A stretch of 64,000 nt of DNA from an uncultured Candidatus Poseidoniales archaeon (GTDB lineage Archaea; Thermoplasmatota; Poseidoniia; Poseidoniales; Poseidoniaceae): positions 6,318 through 70,317 of the forward strand of contig CAXGWS010000007.1 in the NCBI GenBank assembly GCA_964013535.1, read 5' to 3'. The position numbers were made by a program, and so were the translations under genes. Shown here piece after piece: positions 54,709 through 64,000 of this stretch. A model generated the notes under the pieces. It was not told where the DNA came from. It saw nothing but the letters and a program-made list of their open reading frames with translations, and made no database searches. Each line of letters begins with the position of its first letter. The first letter of the stretch is position 1.

Positions 54709-55715
54709 GAACCACCTCCCATATGCTGTGGAGCGTCGACTTGCCTAGCAGAAACCGGACTACGGAGCAAATCTTCACTGGTTTTCACTTCATAGCCCAA
54801 GTTCTCCATTATCACAATAAATAGGTCCTCAAGTGAGGCTTCGTATTCATGCATTCGCCTAATTTGAGAGCCAGATTTAGCAGCACAGGACAAAATTATC
54901 GAGGTTGTATCCTCCGATTCATGGAGAACTCGCATTATCCGACCTTCTCGTCGAACCGTCAAGCCCATAGATGACATTTCTTGTTCCAATTTTGAGGCAT
55001 TGCCCCATACATGAATTTCGATTTCTCGGTCGATATCTTTCAAGTCCTCAATCTTACCCTGTGCCGCCAATTTACCTTTGTGCAGGAGAACCATGTTATC
55101 ACAAACCCGCTCAACGTCATCCATCAAATGAGACGCCATCATGACTGAGCGGTTACCATGTTCAACCATGTTTTGTAGTGTTGTAATCATAAATTCCCTT
55201 GCCGTAGCATCCAAACCGTTCGAAGGCTCGTCTGCGATAATTAATTCTGGATCGTGAATAATACTACATGCTAATTTTGTTGCTTGTTTCATACCAGTTG
55301 AAAAACTGCCAATATTTCGGTATCTTTGTTCTCCAAGACCGACATATTGCAGGACTTCATGCGCCCTAGACATTGCTACAACTGGATTCATACCAAGTAA
55401 TTCACCAGAATATTTGACTTGGTATATGGCCTCCATATCGGGGTTGAGAGCGTCGTACTCTGGCATGTACCCTATTCGCGAGCGTATGGCTGCACCCTCT
55501 GTACGTATATCGTGACCAAGCACAGTACCTTCGCCAGATGTTGCTTGAATCAAGCCAAGTATTGTCTTTAGAAAAGTAGACTTTCCTGCCCCATTGGGTC
55601 CGAGCAAACCCGTAGCGCCTTTCTTGATTTTGAGATTCAAATTCTCTAGCGCAAGATGGGGTCCATATGACTTTGACAAGTCGGTTGTGTGGATGATGTA
55701 GTCATCGTCAAACAT
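54705..55715 (-). CDS. ABC transporter ATP-binding protein (ABC-2/CcmA-like)
   Basis: 336 aa. Walker A GPNGAGKST, signature FSTGMKQ, Walker B LIIADEP. First gene of the four-gene ABC unit. Confidence 0.9.
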   Translation of the reverse strand: MFDDDYIIHTTDLSKSYGPHLALENLNLKIKKGATGLLGPNGAGKSTFLKTILGLIQATSGEGTVLGHDIRTEGAAIRSRIGYMPEYDALNPDMEAIYQVKYSGELLGMNPVVAMSRAHEVLQYVGLGEQRYRNIGSFSTGMKQATKLACSIIHDPELIIADEPSNGLDATAREFMITTLQNMVEHGNRSVMMASHLMDDVERVCDNMVLLHKGKLAAQGKIEDLKDIDREIEIHVWGNASKLEQEMSSMGLTVRREGRIMRVLHESEDTTSIILSCAAKSGSQIRRMHEYEASLEDLFIVIMENLGYEVKTSEDLLRSPVSARQVDAPQHMGGGS

Positions 55716-55783
55716 AGGTTACCCATCCTAAGGAGATAACAGGCAACCTTTGAATGCTGCGCTAAATTGTGGGATATAGGATT

Positions 55784-58066
55784 CTATTCCTTAATCCCAT
55801 CACGTGTCTTGATGGCAACCCCTTTTCTCATCGCAGCTAAATCTTCTGAGGTTGAAACTGAAACACCATGGCCGATTAAATTGCCAGATTGATTACAAAT
55901 CAAACAAGCCTCACCCGGGCGAAGCCAGGGGTCACAAGCAGTAACAAATCCGTGAAAGACATTGCGACCTTTTCTAACGAAAGGTTCAGCATCATCATCT
56001 ACTACAACAACAGCAAGACCTTCGCCAGCATAAGGTGAAATGGCAGTTTCAGGAAATGTTTCTGGTAGTGGTGTTCTTCTGCGCGTGAATAATTCTACTG
56101 CACCGGGGTTATTCAGCGATAAGCCGCCGTCTCCTAAACGAAAACTTGCTAAGTGTTGATTAGTTGATGATAAAACATTCTTGATTCGACCATATTTGTT
56201 GACCACAAACTGTGCACTTTGAACGATTTCTTGCGCTTGTTCTTGATGCACATTAAACAAAACTGAAAATTTATCTGCAGCCTTCAAACGATTTAGTTTC
56301 AGCCTTGCCTGCGCAAAGTAATTATCTTCGTGAATAGTCAATCTCCCTTCAACTAAATTGACCTTTATCGATGGCTTGAGACCACTAACAACATCGAATA
56401 GTTTTGATTCAAACGTTTCAGAACGCAAATCGACAGCAATGATGGCTTTGCCCGATAAACCAAACAATTCAAGTTCTTGGGCTACCCTTGCCATGTCCAA
56501 ATTATTCTTCCATAACCAATCTGGCCCTTCAATATGGCAAAACGGATTCAAGTCTTCAAGACTGTAAGGGACCAATCCAATTGGAGTATTAATCATAATT
56601 TCCAAACCCGGCAAACATTGCAAAAGTTTAGCAACTAAATTGTCACATTTGTCTCGCCAAGGACCTGATTGACCGTAGAATATAATCACGGAATCGCTAC
56701 CAGCGCCACTATCATTCCTCGGATGCCATCTATCAAGAAGCAAATTCTTTGCAGCGGTAATGTGAGGTCTTGCCATCGTATCAGAACCAGCCCATTGCTC
56801 TCCGCCCTTCCGAGGAGTGGTTTGTGAATTCAAAATCCAGTTCCAACCAAATTCCCAACCTCCACTATTGCTAAATTCTTGTGAAGATGTCCGCTCATCA
56901 AGCGGGATTTTACCGTGATTAAGGGCGATCATTTCAGCAGTTGCGGGATTGGTAGTCAGCCACAAAAATGCATCTCTCAAGGCAGGGTGTTGATGACTTC
57001 TTTGCTCCACAAGTCGCCAAATATCTCCATCACGGACTGCTTGTCGACATCTAGACAATTCAGCTAAGGTGATTTCAAGATTGTACTTAGACAGCAATTT
57101 CATTCGGTCGGATTTATCCATTTTCCTCACATCTTCTGGAGAGTACTGGCTAATACAAGGCATGATTATTGGCCATTCAACCATATGCTCAAGTTTCTCT
57201 GTCCCCCATGGTGTCAAGATTCTACCATCTCGAGCAAATAATGCATAGGCTGCTGAATCAAATAAATCTGCACCAAGGGCAATCGACATTGGAAATAGCA
57301 TGGGATGGCCACAGCCAAACATATGCACTGGACGATTACTAGGCAGAAATGGTAATGTTGACAGCATTATTTTGGCGTATTCCCGATACCTGTGTTGCTC
57401 CATTACGGGAACGATACCGCCGATTGGGTGAACTGAAAAGTCAAATTTACCCATTTCCGTTGCTGATTTGGTTCTTAAATCTGAGAAGAGGCCGCCCTGG
57501 ATTGGTCCGTTAAGCATGGTATCTCCGGATACCTCAACAGAGACTTTCGACCGTCTAAGGGTTTCATCTACCGCTTCAGCAACCTCTGAGTATTTCATGT
57601 CCGGTCTCGAAAAAACATCAAGCATAGTTGCGATATCAACGTCGATTGCCTTTTGGAAATCTACTATCTCTTCTACACCGACCTCGACATCACCGTAGAC
57701 ATAGGATTGGAAAGTTCCAGAATCAGTCATTATAACTCCCGGATAGTCTAGAAGGGCATGAACACCGTCAGCAATCGCTTTTTCCTTCAGCCCATCATGC
57801 TTCCAGATGATATATGAATTGGTAATTAACGCACCAATGCCATATCTGTCCCACATCTCCCTTGGTTCAATTGTGCGGATGTTGGGATTTATCACTGGCA
57901 GCAATGCTGGAGTTTCAAGAATACCGTGCTTAGTGTGAAGTTTTCCTAAACGTGCCCGCCCGTCTCTCGTCGTTATTTCGAACAATCCTTCATCGGCTTC
58001 TCGACAAGGTTCAGGATTTGGTCTAGGGTGGTCTGACCACACAGGCATGCACATGGCTGTTGCCAT
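55784..58066 (-). CDS. tgtA: Archaeosine tRNA-guanine transglycosylase-like protein (TGT catalytic domain, long middle region, C-terminal PUA) with a degenerate zinc site
   Basis: 760 aa. TGT landmarks TDSGTFQ and MFGCGHPMLFPMSIALGADLFDSAAY. PUA-like end (FVRKGRNVFHGFV..GEACLICN..GHGVSVS..MRKGVAIKTR). The zinc motif reads PCISQYS...SKYNL instead of PCxCxxC...HNL. Confidence 0.8.
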   Translation of the reverse strand: MATAMCMPVWSDHPRPNPEPCREADEGLFEITTRDGRARLGKLHTKHGILETPALLPVINPNIRTIEPREMWDRYGIGALITNSYIIWKHDGLKEKAIADGVHALLDYPGVIMTDSGTFQSYVYGDVEVGVEEIVDFQKAIDVDIATMLDVFSRPDMKYSEVAEAVDETLRRSKVSVEVSGDTMLNGPIQGGLFSDLRTKSATEMGKFDFSVHPIGGIVPVMEQHRYREYAKIMLSTLPFLPSNRPVHMFGCGHPMLFPMSIALGADLFDSAAYALFARDGRILTPWGTEKLEHMVEWPIIMPCISQYSPEDVRKMDKSDRMKLLSKYNLEITLAELSRCRQAVRDGDIWRLVEQRSHQHPALRDAFLWLTTNPATAEMIALNHGKIPLDERTSSQEFSNSGGWEFGWNWILNSQTTPRKGGEQWAGSDTMARPHITAAKNLLLDRWHPRNDSGAGSDSVIIFYGQSGPWRDKCDNLVAKLLQCLPGLEIMINTPIGLVPYSLEDLNPFCHIEGPDWLWKNNLDMARVAQELELFGLSGKAIIAVDLRSETFESKLFDVVSGLKPSIKVNLVEGRLTIHEDNYFAQARLKLNRLKAADKFSVLFNVHQEQAQEIVQSAQFVVNKYGRIKNVLSSTNQHLASFRLGDGGLSLNNPGAVELFTRRRTPLPETFPETAISPYAGEGLAVVVVDDDAEPFVRKGRNVFHGFVTACDPWLRPGEACLICNQSGNLIGHGVSVSTSEDLAAMRKGVAIKTRDGIKE

Positions 58067-58104
58067 TGTGATTTGAATTAATCCGTCAAAAAATTAAGAA
58101 ATCA

Positions 58105-58566
58105 TCACACAAATTCGACATTTCCATGTGCCAGTATAAATTCGCGCCCCAGCTCGTCAAATGTGTCGAGTAATGCGCTGGAGAATCTAATATTACTTAT
58201 TTCGTCATCAGCCTCGAGATCGGCTTTAATTCCATCAAGCGTCCCCGGAGCAGCACCACAGGAAAGACAAGCACCTGTTAGGTCGAGTACAAAGTCGAGG
58301 GTTGATTCGTTCTGGACAGTTAAAACAACATGTGACTCGACCTTAATACCACCACCATGACCATCCAATGCAGCTCTTACACTACCCAGTCTTGCTAGCA
58401 ATGCCGGTACTAAATCATCGGATTCAATCATATCAAATATTGAGCGTGCTCGGAGTTTTGCTTCGTATATCGGGTCGACAGACTCTTCTATTCTCTTCTG
58501 AGCCTCTTGGTCGAGTGATTGCTTAGCCTCTGCTGCATATTTGGCAACAAGGTCGTCATCAGTCAT
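58105..58566 (-). CDS. NifU-C-terminal-domain (Nfu-type) Fe-S cluster carrier protein
   Basis: 153 aa. Nfu-like core (LDGHGGGIKVE..VLDLTGACLSCGAAPGTLDGIKADL) with the CxxC pair. Divergent from the suf operon. Confidence 0.75.
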   Translation of the reverse strand: MTDDDLVAKYAAEAKQSLDQEAQKRIEESVDPIYEAKLRARSIFDMIESDDLVPALLARLGSVRAALDGHGGGIKVESHVVLTVQNESTLDFVLDLTGACLSCGAAPGTLDGIKADLEADDEISNIRFSSALLDTFDELGREFILAHGNVEFV

Positions 58567-58656
58567 GGTTTGTGTAACGAGGTGTAGTTTTTGATTCTTT
58601 GTAAAATTTAGGCCAACCTAAAAACGCAATACTGCGCCCCAATTTTTTACACTCAT

Positions 58657-58664
58657 TCATAAAG
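58657..58664 (+). promoter_or_regulatory. Putative TATA box (TCATAAAG) for the suf operon
   Basis: Same octamer as before tRNA-Asn. The predicted TSS of about 58687 lies downstream of GTG 58674, which argues that sufC starts at TTG 58695. Confidence 0.35.
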
Positions 58665-58673
58665 GGGAAACAT

Positions 58674-59432
58674 GTGGTTGGACTGGGTGAGACATTGTCT
58701 AATGTAGTTCTTGACATACAAAATCTTCACGTTTCTGTGGAGGGCAATGAAATAATTAAGGGTTTATCGCTAACAATAAACGCTGGCGAAATACATGCCA
58801 TAATGGGCAGAAATGGAGCAGGAAAATCGACCCTTGCCCATGTCCTAATGGGTCACCCAGCATATGAAATCACCAGCGGGGAGATATCCTTCCGTGGCAA
58901 ATCGCTCGACGAGTATGATGTATTCGAAAGAGCAAGAGCAGGTATGTTCCTTTCATTCCAATACCCGCCATCGATTCCCGGGGTGCAAGTTGGTAATTTC
59001 CTCAAAAAATCTGTTAATAATGTGCGAGGAGAGAAAGTCAAAGCGAGAGAGTTCCGCAAAGAATTAAACGCCGCAATGGACAAATTGGACATGGATCGAA
59101 GTTTTCTATCAAGATATGTTAACGATGGCTTTAGCGGTGGCGAGAAAAAACGCCTTGAAATGCTGCAAATGATGTTGTTAAAGCCCAACCTTGCGTTGCT
59201 AGACGAAACTGATTCAGGATTAGACATCGACGCTCTTAGGCTCGTTGCTAAAGGAATTAACGAAACAGCAGACAGCACCGGATTCCTCGTCATCACTCAC
59301 TATCAAAGGCTGTTAGATTTGGTCAAGCCGGACTTTGTCCATGCAATGATTGATGGCAAATTTGTCAAGTCCGGTGGTCCTGAACTAGCACTTAAGTTAG
59401 AAGACCAAGGATACGACTGGTTGGAGGCATGA
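58674..59432 (+). CDS. sufC: Fe-S cluster assembly ATPase SufC
   Basis: Walker [10 protein letters not shown], signature FSGGEKKR, Walker [10 protein letters not shown]. The longest ORF starts at GTG 58674. TTG 58695 ([15 protein letters not shown]) matches the usual SufC N-terminus. Confidence 0.92.
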   Translation: MVGLGETLSNVVLDIQNLHVSVEGNEIIKGLSLTINAGEIHAIMGRNGAGKSTLAHVLMGHPAYEITSGEISFRGKSLDEYDVFERARAGMFLSFQYPPSIPGVQVGNFLKKSVNNVRGEKVKAREFRKELNAAMDKLDMDRSFLSRYVNDGFSGGEKKRLEMLQMMLLKPNLALLDETDSGLDIDALRLVAKGINETADSTGFLVITHYQRLLDLVKPDFVHAMIDGKFVKSGGPELALKLEDQGYDWLEA

Positions 59433-60841
59433 GCATGAGTGACGAAGCAATCAATGCAGTAGGCGACTACAAATACGGTTTCCACGATCCAGAAAAGGCA
59501 ACAATCAGGTTCGACAAAGGGCTTTCAGAACAAGTAGTGAGAGATATCTCAGCACTCAAAGATGAACCTCAGTGGATGACTGAACTCCGAGTAAAAGCAT
59601 ATCACCACTTCATGGAAAGGCCAATGCCTGATTGGGGCAACTGCAACATGCTCGAATCGATAAAATTCGACGATGTAACCTACTTTTTGCGCTCCTCCGA
59701 CCAAACCCAAAACAACTGGGATGATGTACCAGACGACATCAAAAATACCTTCGACAGACTTGGAATTCCTGAAGCTGAACAGAAGTGGCTTGGTGGGGTA
59801 ACCGCACAGTATGAATCCGAAGCCGTATATCATTCGATTAGAGAGGACCTTGAGGAACAAGGAGTAATCTTCCTAGATATGGATTCTGGATTAAAGGAAT
59901 ATCCAGAACTTGTTAAACAATATTTTGGAACCGTCATTCCATATGGAGATAACAAATTTTCAGCCTTGAACACTGCTGTATGGAGCGGCGGTTCGTTCAT
60001 CTACGTCCCGAAAGGTGTTCATGTTGAAATGCCTGTACAAGCCTACTTTAGGATTAACGCTAAAAACATGGGCCAGTTTGAAAGAACCTTGATAATTGCC
60101 GATGAAGGAAGCAGCATTCATTACGTTGAGGGATGCACTGCACCGACATACTCTACTGATTCACTTCACTCTGCAGTTGTTGAATTAATTGCCATGGAGG
60201 GTGCTAAGATTCGCTATTCAACCGTACAGAACTGGTCTGCCAATGTGTATAACTTGGTCACCAAACGAGGAATCGCTCACAAAAATGCAGTTGTTGAATG
60301 GGTTGATGGAAACATCGGCAGTAAACTGACAATGAAGTATCCCGCAGTGATTCTCAAAGGTGAAGGAGCGCACGCTGAAATAATCTCAGTAGCCTATGCT
60401 GGTGAGGGACAACATCAAGATGCTGGGGCAAAAGTTCACCACTTGGCTCCAAATACAACATCCAATATTCTTTCAAAATCAATATCCAAAAACGGAGGCA
60501 GGTCCTCATATCGTGGGCTCTTAAAGGTTAATCCAAAAGCGCATGGTTGTCGATCAAAGGTTGTATGTGATGCACTAATGCTCGATTCCACCTCACGCTC
60601 TGACACATATCCAACCATGGAAGTGGGCAACTCAACCGCTGATCTAGAGCATGAAGCAAGCGTCTCAAAAATTTCCGGTGACCAACTATTCTACCTCATG
60701 AGTCGAGGATTTAGTGAAGAAGAAGCAATGGGCCTAATTGTTAATGGATTCTTTGAACCATTTACCAGAGAATTACCCATGGAATATGCAGTTGAACTAA
60801 ACAAACTACTCGAACTTGAGATGGAAGGTGCCATCGGATGA
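59429..60841 (+). CDS. sufB: Fe-S cluster assembly scaffold SufB
   Basis: 470 aa. Full-length SufB pattern (..[12 protein letters not shown].., ..[20 protein letters not shown]..). ATGA overlap with sufC. Confidence 0.93.
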   Translation: MSMSDEAINAVGDYKYGFHDPEKATIRFDKGLSEQVVRDISALKDEPQWMTELRVKAYHHFMERPMPDWGNCNMLESIKFDDVTYFLRSSDQTQNNWDDVPDDIKNTFDRLGIPEAEQKWLGGVTAQYESEAVYHSIREDLEEQGVIFLDMDSGLKEYPELVKQYFGTVIPYGDNKFSALNTAVWSGGSFIYVPKGVHVEMPVQAYFRINAKNMGQFERTLIIADEGSSIHYVEGCTAPTYSTDSLHSAVVELIAMEGAKIRYSTVQNWSANVYNLVTKRGIAHKNAVVEWVDGNIGSKLTMKYPAVILKGEGAHAEIISVAYAGEGQHQDAGAKVHHLAPNTTSNILSKSISKNGGRSSYRGLLKVNPKAHGCRSKVVCDALMLDSTSRSDTYPTMEVGNSTADLEHEASVSKISGDQLFYLMSRGFSEEEAMGLIVNGFFEPFTRELPMEYAVELNKLLELEMEGAIG

Positions 60842-61863
60842 GTTACCTCGATTTGCCAATCCCAAAAAGGTCAGAACACCTTTGGAGATACACCTCCTGG
60901 AAGAGAGTCCACCCAACCAAAGTTGACACATTGCCAAGCATTACATCAGCAACGGTGTCTGTCAATGGTTTAGTTATCTCACCAAATTCCACCGCAGTAG
61001 TAACTCCAGACGATGACATTTCGAGAGTTTTTTTAGCAGAATCGAATAACCAAATGCACAAGGTTGTCATCAATGATGATAATAATGATTTATCTATTCA
61101 GATTAACAGCGAAGATGATGCCAATTCCTGTCACATCCACTTTGACGCCAAAGTATCGGCCAGTGTTAGAATCTCACTGACAGGAAATTCGAAATGGTTT
61201 GGTTTGAAGATAACAGGAGAATTAGGGCAAAATGTCAATCTATCATATGGAATTGTTAACGATATGGGAGATGACACTACCATACTGCGATGCGAAGACT
61301 GGCAAGTCTCTCGAGATTCAACACTCGAGTATGGAGAATTATCGGCCGGTGGCGAGAGGATAAAAAGCGACATTCGCACCTATCTATCTGGAGTCAATTC
61401 ATCGCTGATGCAGAATATTGCAGTCAATTGTCAAGCCACCAGTGTTGATGATCACCACATTGAGATCCACCATTTGAGCGGCCATAGCAATTCCTCACTA
61501 ACTGTAAAATCTGCGTGTGCCGATAGGAGTCATGCTATTGGTACTGGTTTGCTGGTGATCGAGGAAGATTGTGATAAATCAGACGCTGGTCAAGTTTTCA
61601 AAAATTTGTTACTATCAGAACGGGCTAAAGCAGAATCTATACCAGAATTAGAGGTGTTATCAGATGATGTTAGTGCAGCTCATGGGGCTGCCAGTTCCTC
61701 TGTTGACCCTGAACAAATCCATTACCTGATGGCAAGAGGATTTAGCCGAGAAGATGCCACAAGTGAAATTGTTGAAGGATTTTTAATTAGCAGTTTTGCA
61801 AAGATAGCGAACCAACAAACCAGAGAGTTTCTTATCAATTCTCTTTCCAATCTACTAGATTAG
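60838..61863 (+). CDS. sufD: Fe-S cluster assembly protein SufD (short form)
   Basis: 341 aa. C-terminal SufB/D beta-helix region (..[26 protein letters not shown]..). ATGA overlap with sufB. Confidence 0.85.
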   Translation: MSYLDLPIPKRSEHLWRYTSWKRVHPTKVDTLPSITSATVSVNGLVISPNSTAVVTPDDDISRVFLAESNNQMHKVVINDDNNDLSIQINSEDDANSCHIHFDAKVSASVRISLTGNSKWFGLKITGELGQNVNLSYGIVNDMGDDTTILRCEDWQVSRDSTLEYGELSAGGERIKSDIRTYLSGVNSSLMQNIAVNCQATSVDDHHIEIHHLSGHSNSSLTVKSACADRSHAIGTGLLVIEEDCDKSDAGQVFKNLLLSERAKAESIPELEVLSDDVSAAHGAASSSVDPEQIHYLMARGFSREDATSEIVEGFLISSFAKIANQQTREFLINSLSNLLD

Positions 61864-61867
61864 CGAG

Positions 61868-63064
61868 ATGAGCACCATGCGCGAAGAGTTCCCGATTTTA
61901 CAACGTGAAATTAATGGCTATCCATTAGTTTATTTTGATAATGCGGCCACAACTCAAAAGCCAAATTCTGTAATTAATGCCATGAATGATTACTATTCAA
62001 ATTCCAACGCCAACGTACACAGGGCAGTTCACACCCTCGCAGGAGAAGCAACTGAAGGGTATGAATCATGTAGAAGCGCATTGAAAGCTCGCTTTAACGC
62101 CAATAAAGCAATAATCACCAGTGGCACAACTGAAGCAATCAATCTAGTTGCTCACGCATGGGGCAGGGCAAATTTGTCAGATGGTGATGCAATAATCTTG
62201 ACTGAAATGGAGCACCACTCGGATATTGTACCTTGGCAAATGTTAGCCCAGGAAATGAACATCGAATTGAGATTTATTCCAGTCCAAAAAGACTTGACTC
62301 TTGATATGGATTTATTTGAAGCAGCCATTGAAGGTGCAAAATTAGTTTGTGTTGTACACATATCTAATGTATTAGGAGTCTGTAATCCGGTTGAAAAGAT
62401 AATTGATATCGCACATCGAAACGGTGCACGAGTATTGCTTGATGCCGCACAAAGCGCCCCTCACCAAGACATCAACTTCGAAGAACTGGGTGCAGATTTT
62501 ATGGCATTTTCTGCCCACAAAATGTGTGGTCCAACCGGAATTGGTGCTTTACTTGTTACTGATGATGCATTCGATGAAATGCAACCGTTCATGGGTGGTG
62601 GAGACATGATTGAAACAGTAAGCATTCGTGGCTCAACCTACCAAAAAAACGAACAGAAATTTGAAGCCGGCACTCCACGAATCGCGGAGGCTATTGGGTG
62701 GACTGAGGCGATAAAATGGTTGAATTCAGTTGATATCAAAACTGAGCACAAAAGGATTCTTAATTCCGCACGATGGCTTGCAAACCAACTTAGAAACCTT
62801 GGCATGAAAGTTTATGCTCGCCATGGTGACAATGATGCAGCAGTCGTTTCTTTCCTCCATCCTACCATGAATAGTGAAGATCTAGCTCACCTCTTAGATG
62901 CGAGAGGCTTCGCGGTAAGAACTGGACATCACTGTGCTCAACCGTTGTTAGAACGACTCGAGATTAATGGCACTGTGCGCGTATCTTTATATTTCTACAA
63001 TACACATGAAGAAGTTGTTTCCTTTGTTGAATACTTTACAGAAATAATGGAGAGATTCGCATGA
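61868..63064 (+). CDS. sufS: Cysteine desulfurase, SufS (group II)
   Basis: 398 aa. PLP lysine in FSAHKMCGPTGIG and the active-site loop RTGHHCAQP. Confidence 0.92.
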   Translation: MSTMREEFPILQREINGYPLVYFDNAATTQKPNSVINAMNDYYSNSNANVHRAVHTLAGEATEGYESCRSALKARFNANKAIITSGTTEAINLVAHAWGRANLSDGDAIILTEMEHHSDIVPWQMLAQEMNIELRFIPVQKDLTLDMDLFEAAIEGAKLVCVVHISNVLGVCNPVEKIIDIAHRNGARVLLDAAQSAPHQDINFEELGADFMAFSAHKMCGPTGIGALLVTDDAFDEMQPFMGGGDMIETVSIRGSTYQKNEQKFEAGTPRIAEAIGWTEAIKWLNSVDIKTEHKRILNSARWLANQLRNLGMKVYARHGDNDAAVVSFLHPTMNSEDLAHLLDARGFAVRTGHHCAQPLLERLEINGTVRVSLYFYNTHEEVVSFVEYFTEIMERFA

Positions 63065-63483
63065 ATTACTCAGCAGAATTAGTCGAACTTATCGAAGAAT
63101 TCAAGGAAATCGATGACAAAATGGAACGTCTAGAGATGGTTTTTGAGTTAGCCGATGAGGTTAATCTTCTGCCATCAGACCAGTGGACAGATTCCACAAG
63201 AGTCCATGGTTGTCAGTCTGAAGCCCATGTTAAAATTGGGTTAGTAAACTCGAATGTTAACTTTCAAGCAGGAGCCGATTCAAAATTAGTTCAAGGATTA
63301 ATGGGGATTCTAACGATGGCTATTCACGGTTGCGATGCAAATATTGTACTGGAATTAACACCGAATTTTGCGTCAGAAATGGGAATATTAAATTCATTAT
63401 CCCCAAGTCGTTCAAATGGATTTAGGAATATGTTTGATAAAGTGATGAATGAAATAAGAACCCAATTGGAGGCGCAATTATGA
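63061..63483 (+). CDS. sufE: Sulfur acceptor SufE
   Basis: 140 aa. Conserved VHGCQSEAHV active-site Cys motif. ATGA overlap with sufS. Confidence 0.88.
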   Translation: MNYSAELVELIEEFKEIDDKMERLEMVFELADEVNLLPSDQWTDSTRVHGCQSEAHVKIGLVNSNVNFQAGADSKLVQGLMGILTMAIHGCDANIVLELTPNFASEMGILNSLSPSRSNGFRNMFDKVMNEIRTQLEAQL

Positions 63484-63797
63484 CAGATAAAGCTGCGGTT
63501 ATGGAGCAACTAGACGAGGTGGAAGACCCGGAACTAGACCTTTCAATCGTCGAGTTAGGCTTAGTATATGATGTTAGAATCGAAGACAAAGATGGACAAG
63601 TACACGCTGAAATTGACATGACTCTAACAAGTCCTGGATGTCCAGCCGCGGCAGAAATTATGGCTGCTACGCATCGTGCTGCTCTAACTACTGAGGGTAT
63701 AGAATCAGTACATGTTAATCTTGTTTGGTCACCAAGGTGGGACCCAAAAATCCATGCATCCGAGGATGCTAAGATGGACATGGGAATTTGGGATTAG
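63480..63797 (+). CDS. sufT: DUF59/MIP18-family Fe-S assembly protein (SufT-like)
   Basis: 105 aa. DPELDLSIVELGLVYDV and LTSPGCPAA motifs. ATGA overlap with sufE. Confidence 0.85.
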   Translation: MTDKAAVMEQLDEVEDPELDLSIVELGLVYDVRIEDKDGQVHAEIDMTLTSPGCPAAAEIMAATHRAALTTEGIESVHVNLVWSPRWDPKIHASEDAKMDMGIWD

Positions 63798-64000
63798 CGT
63801 TTTACTACTATGGTAAGTAAATCACCGTCTACCAATTGATGGTCTAAGCCAACGCGTTGCCAATCAAACTTGGCGCTTGGGCCTTTTACTCGAGCAAATC
63901 TAAACTTTCTCACAAAGTCACGGTGCAATTTGTTGCAGATATTTTCAACTGTGGAATCATCCTTTACGATTAGCGGCTCCTCTAGGTCAGCCTCTTGCCC
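63794..64000 (-). CDS. DRG/Rbg-type OBG-family GTPase, C-terminal TGS domain only (the 5' part lies beyond the window end)
   Basis: My own translation of the minus strand, not in the ORF track: ..PLIVKDDSTVENICNKLHRDFVRKFRFARVKGPSAKFDWQRVGLDHQLVDGDLLTIVVKR*. This is the TGS-domain ending of DRG GTPases. Its TAA (63794-63796) overlaps the sufT TAG. Confidence 0.7.
   Translation of the reverse strand, partial: GQEADLEEPLIVKDDSTVENICNKLHRDFVRKFRFARVKGPSAKFDWQRVGLDHQLVDGDLLTIVVKR

Noticed and set aside
63794-63797. Overlapping or abutting convergent gene ends: sufT/DRG stop codons overlap, ribK/truA overlap by 9 nt at 47566-47574, PHP/tatC overlap by 12 nt at 35167-35178, and GDPD/gltA abut at 38710/38711
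   Set aside because: These are a real feature of the sequence, but are best explained by general genome compaction rather than a specific regulatory mechanism.
1-64000. CRISPR arrays, rRNA genes, transposases/IS elements, prophage or defence-island gene content
   Set aside because: Reading both strands, I saw no regularly spaced direct repeats outside protein-coding repeat arrays. No intergenic region exceeds about 270 bp. No Cas, integrase, transposase, restriction-modification or toxin-antitoxin-like motifs were seen. The window looks like core chromosome.

Overview
Gene-dense 64-kb chromosomal segment: about 57 protein genes, 2 tRNAs and very little non-coding DNA. It reads as archaeal. 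Markers are a eukaryal/archaeal-type PheRS alpha subunit, archaeosine tRNA-guanine transglycosylase with a PUA end, split GMP synthase (subunit B only), CTP-type riboflavin kinase, a DRG GTPase, and TATA-like boxes about 26 nt upstream of probably leaderless starts. These sit among bacterial-looking metabolic operons: gcvT-gcvPA-gcvPB, sufCBDSE plus DUF59, thiBPQ, kbl, folD and deoA. The acidic proteome and giant Ca-binding surface proteins suggest a marine planktonic Thermoplasmatota-like (MGII/MGIII-type) euryarchaeon; that is inference only. I saw no CRISPR array, rRNA, transposase, integrase or prophage signal, so most of the window is ordinary core genome. All family calls come from reading motifs by eye, with no searches run.

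Observations worth a second look:
1. A translationally coupled trio at 39967-44383: a degenerate KaiC-like/DUF835 protein, a DnaA/Hda-type AAA+ ATPase embedded in long charged low-complexity tails, and a YkgJ Cys-cluster protein. A DnaA-clade module is unexpected in an archaeon.
2. A glycerophosphodiesterase-like gene whose HRG catalytic strand sits at the extreme C-terminus instead of the N-terminus, possibly a circular permutation.
3. A 1663-aa surface protein with six LTD repeats and tandem HKD/PLD domains.
4. That protein and a second giant surface protein share a conserved cytoplasmic tail motif (PGWTxEQ..Y..L..NQ-end).
5. thiP has a strong SD but no canonical start codon where its first TM helix requires one.
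6. The ArcTGT has lost three of its four zinc ligands.
7. Several smaller sequence-motif oddities.
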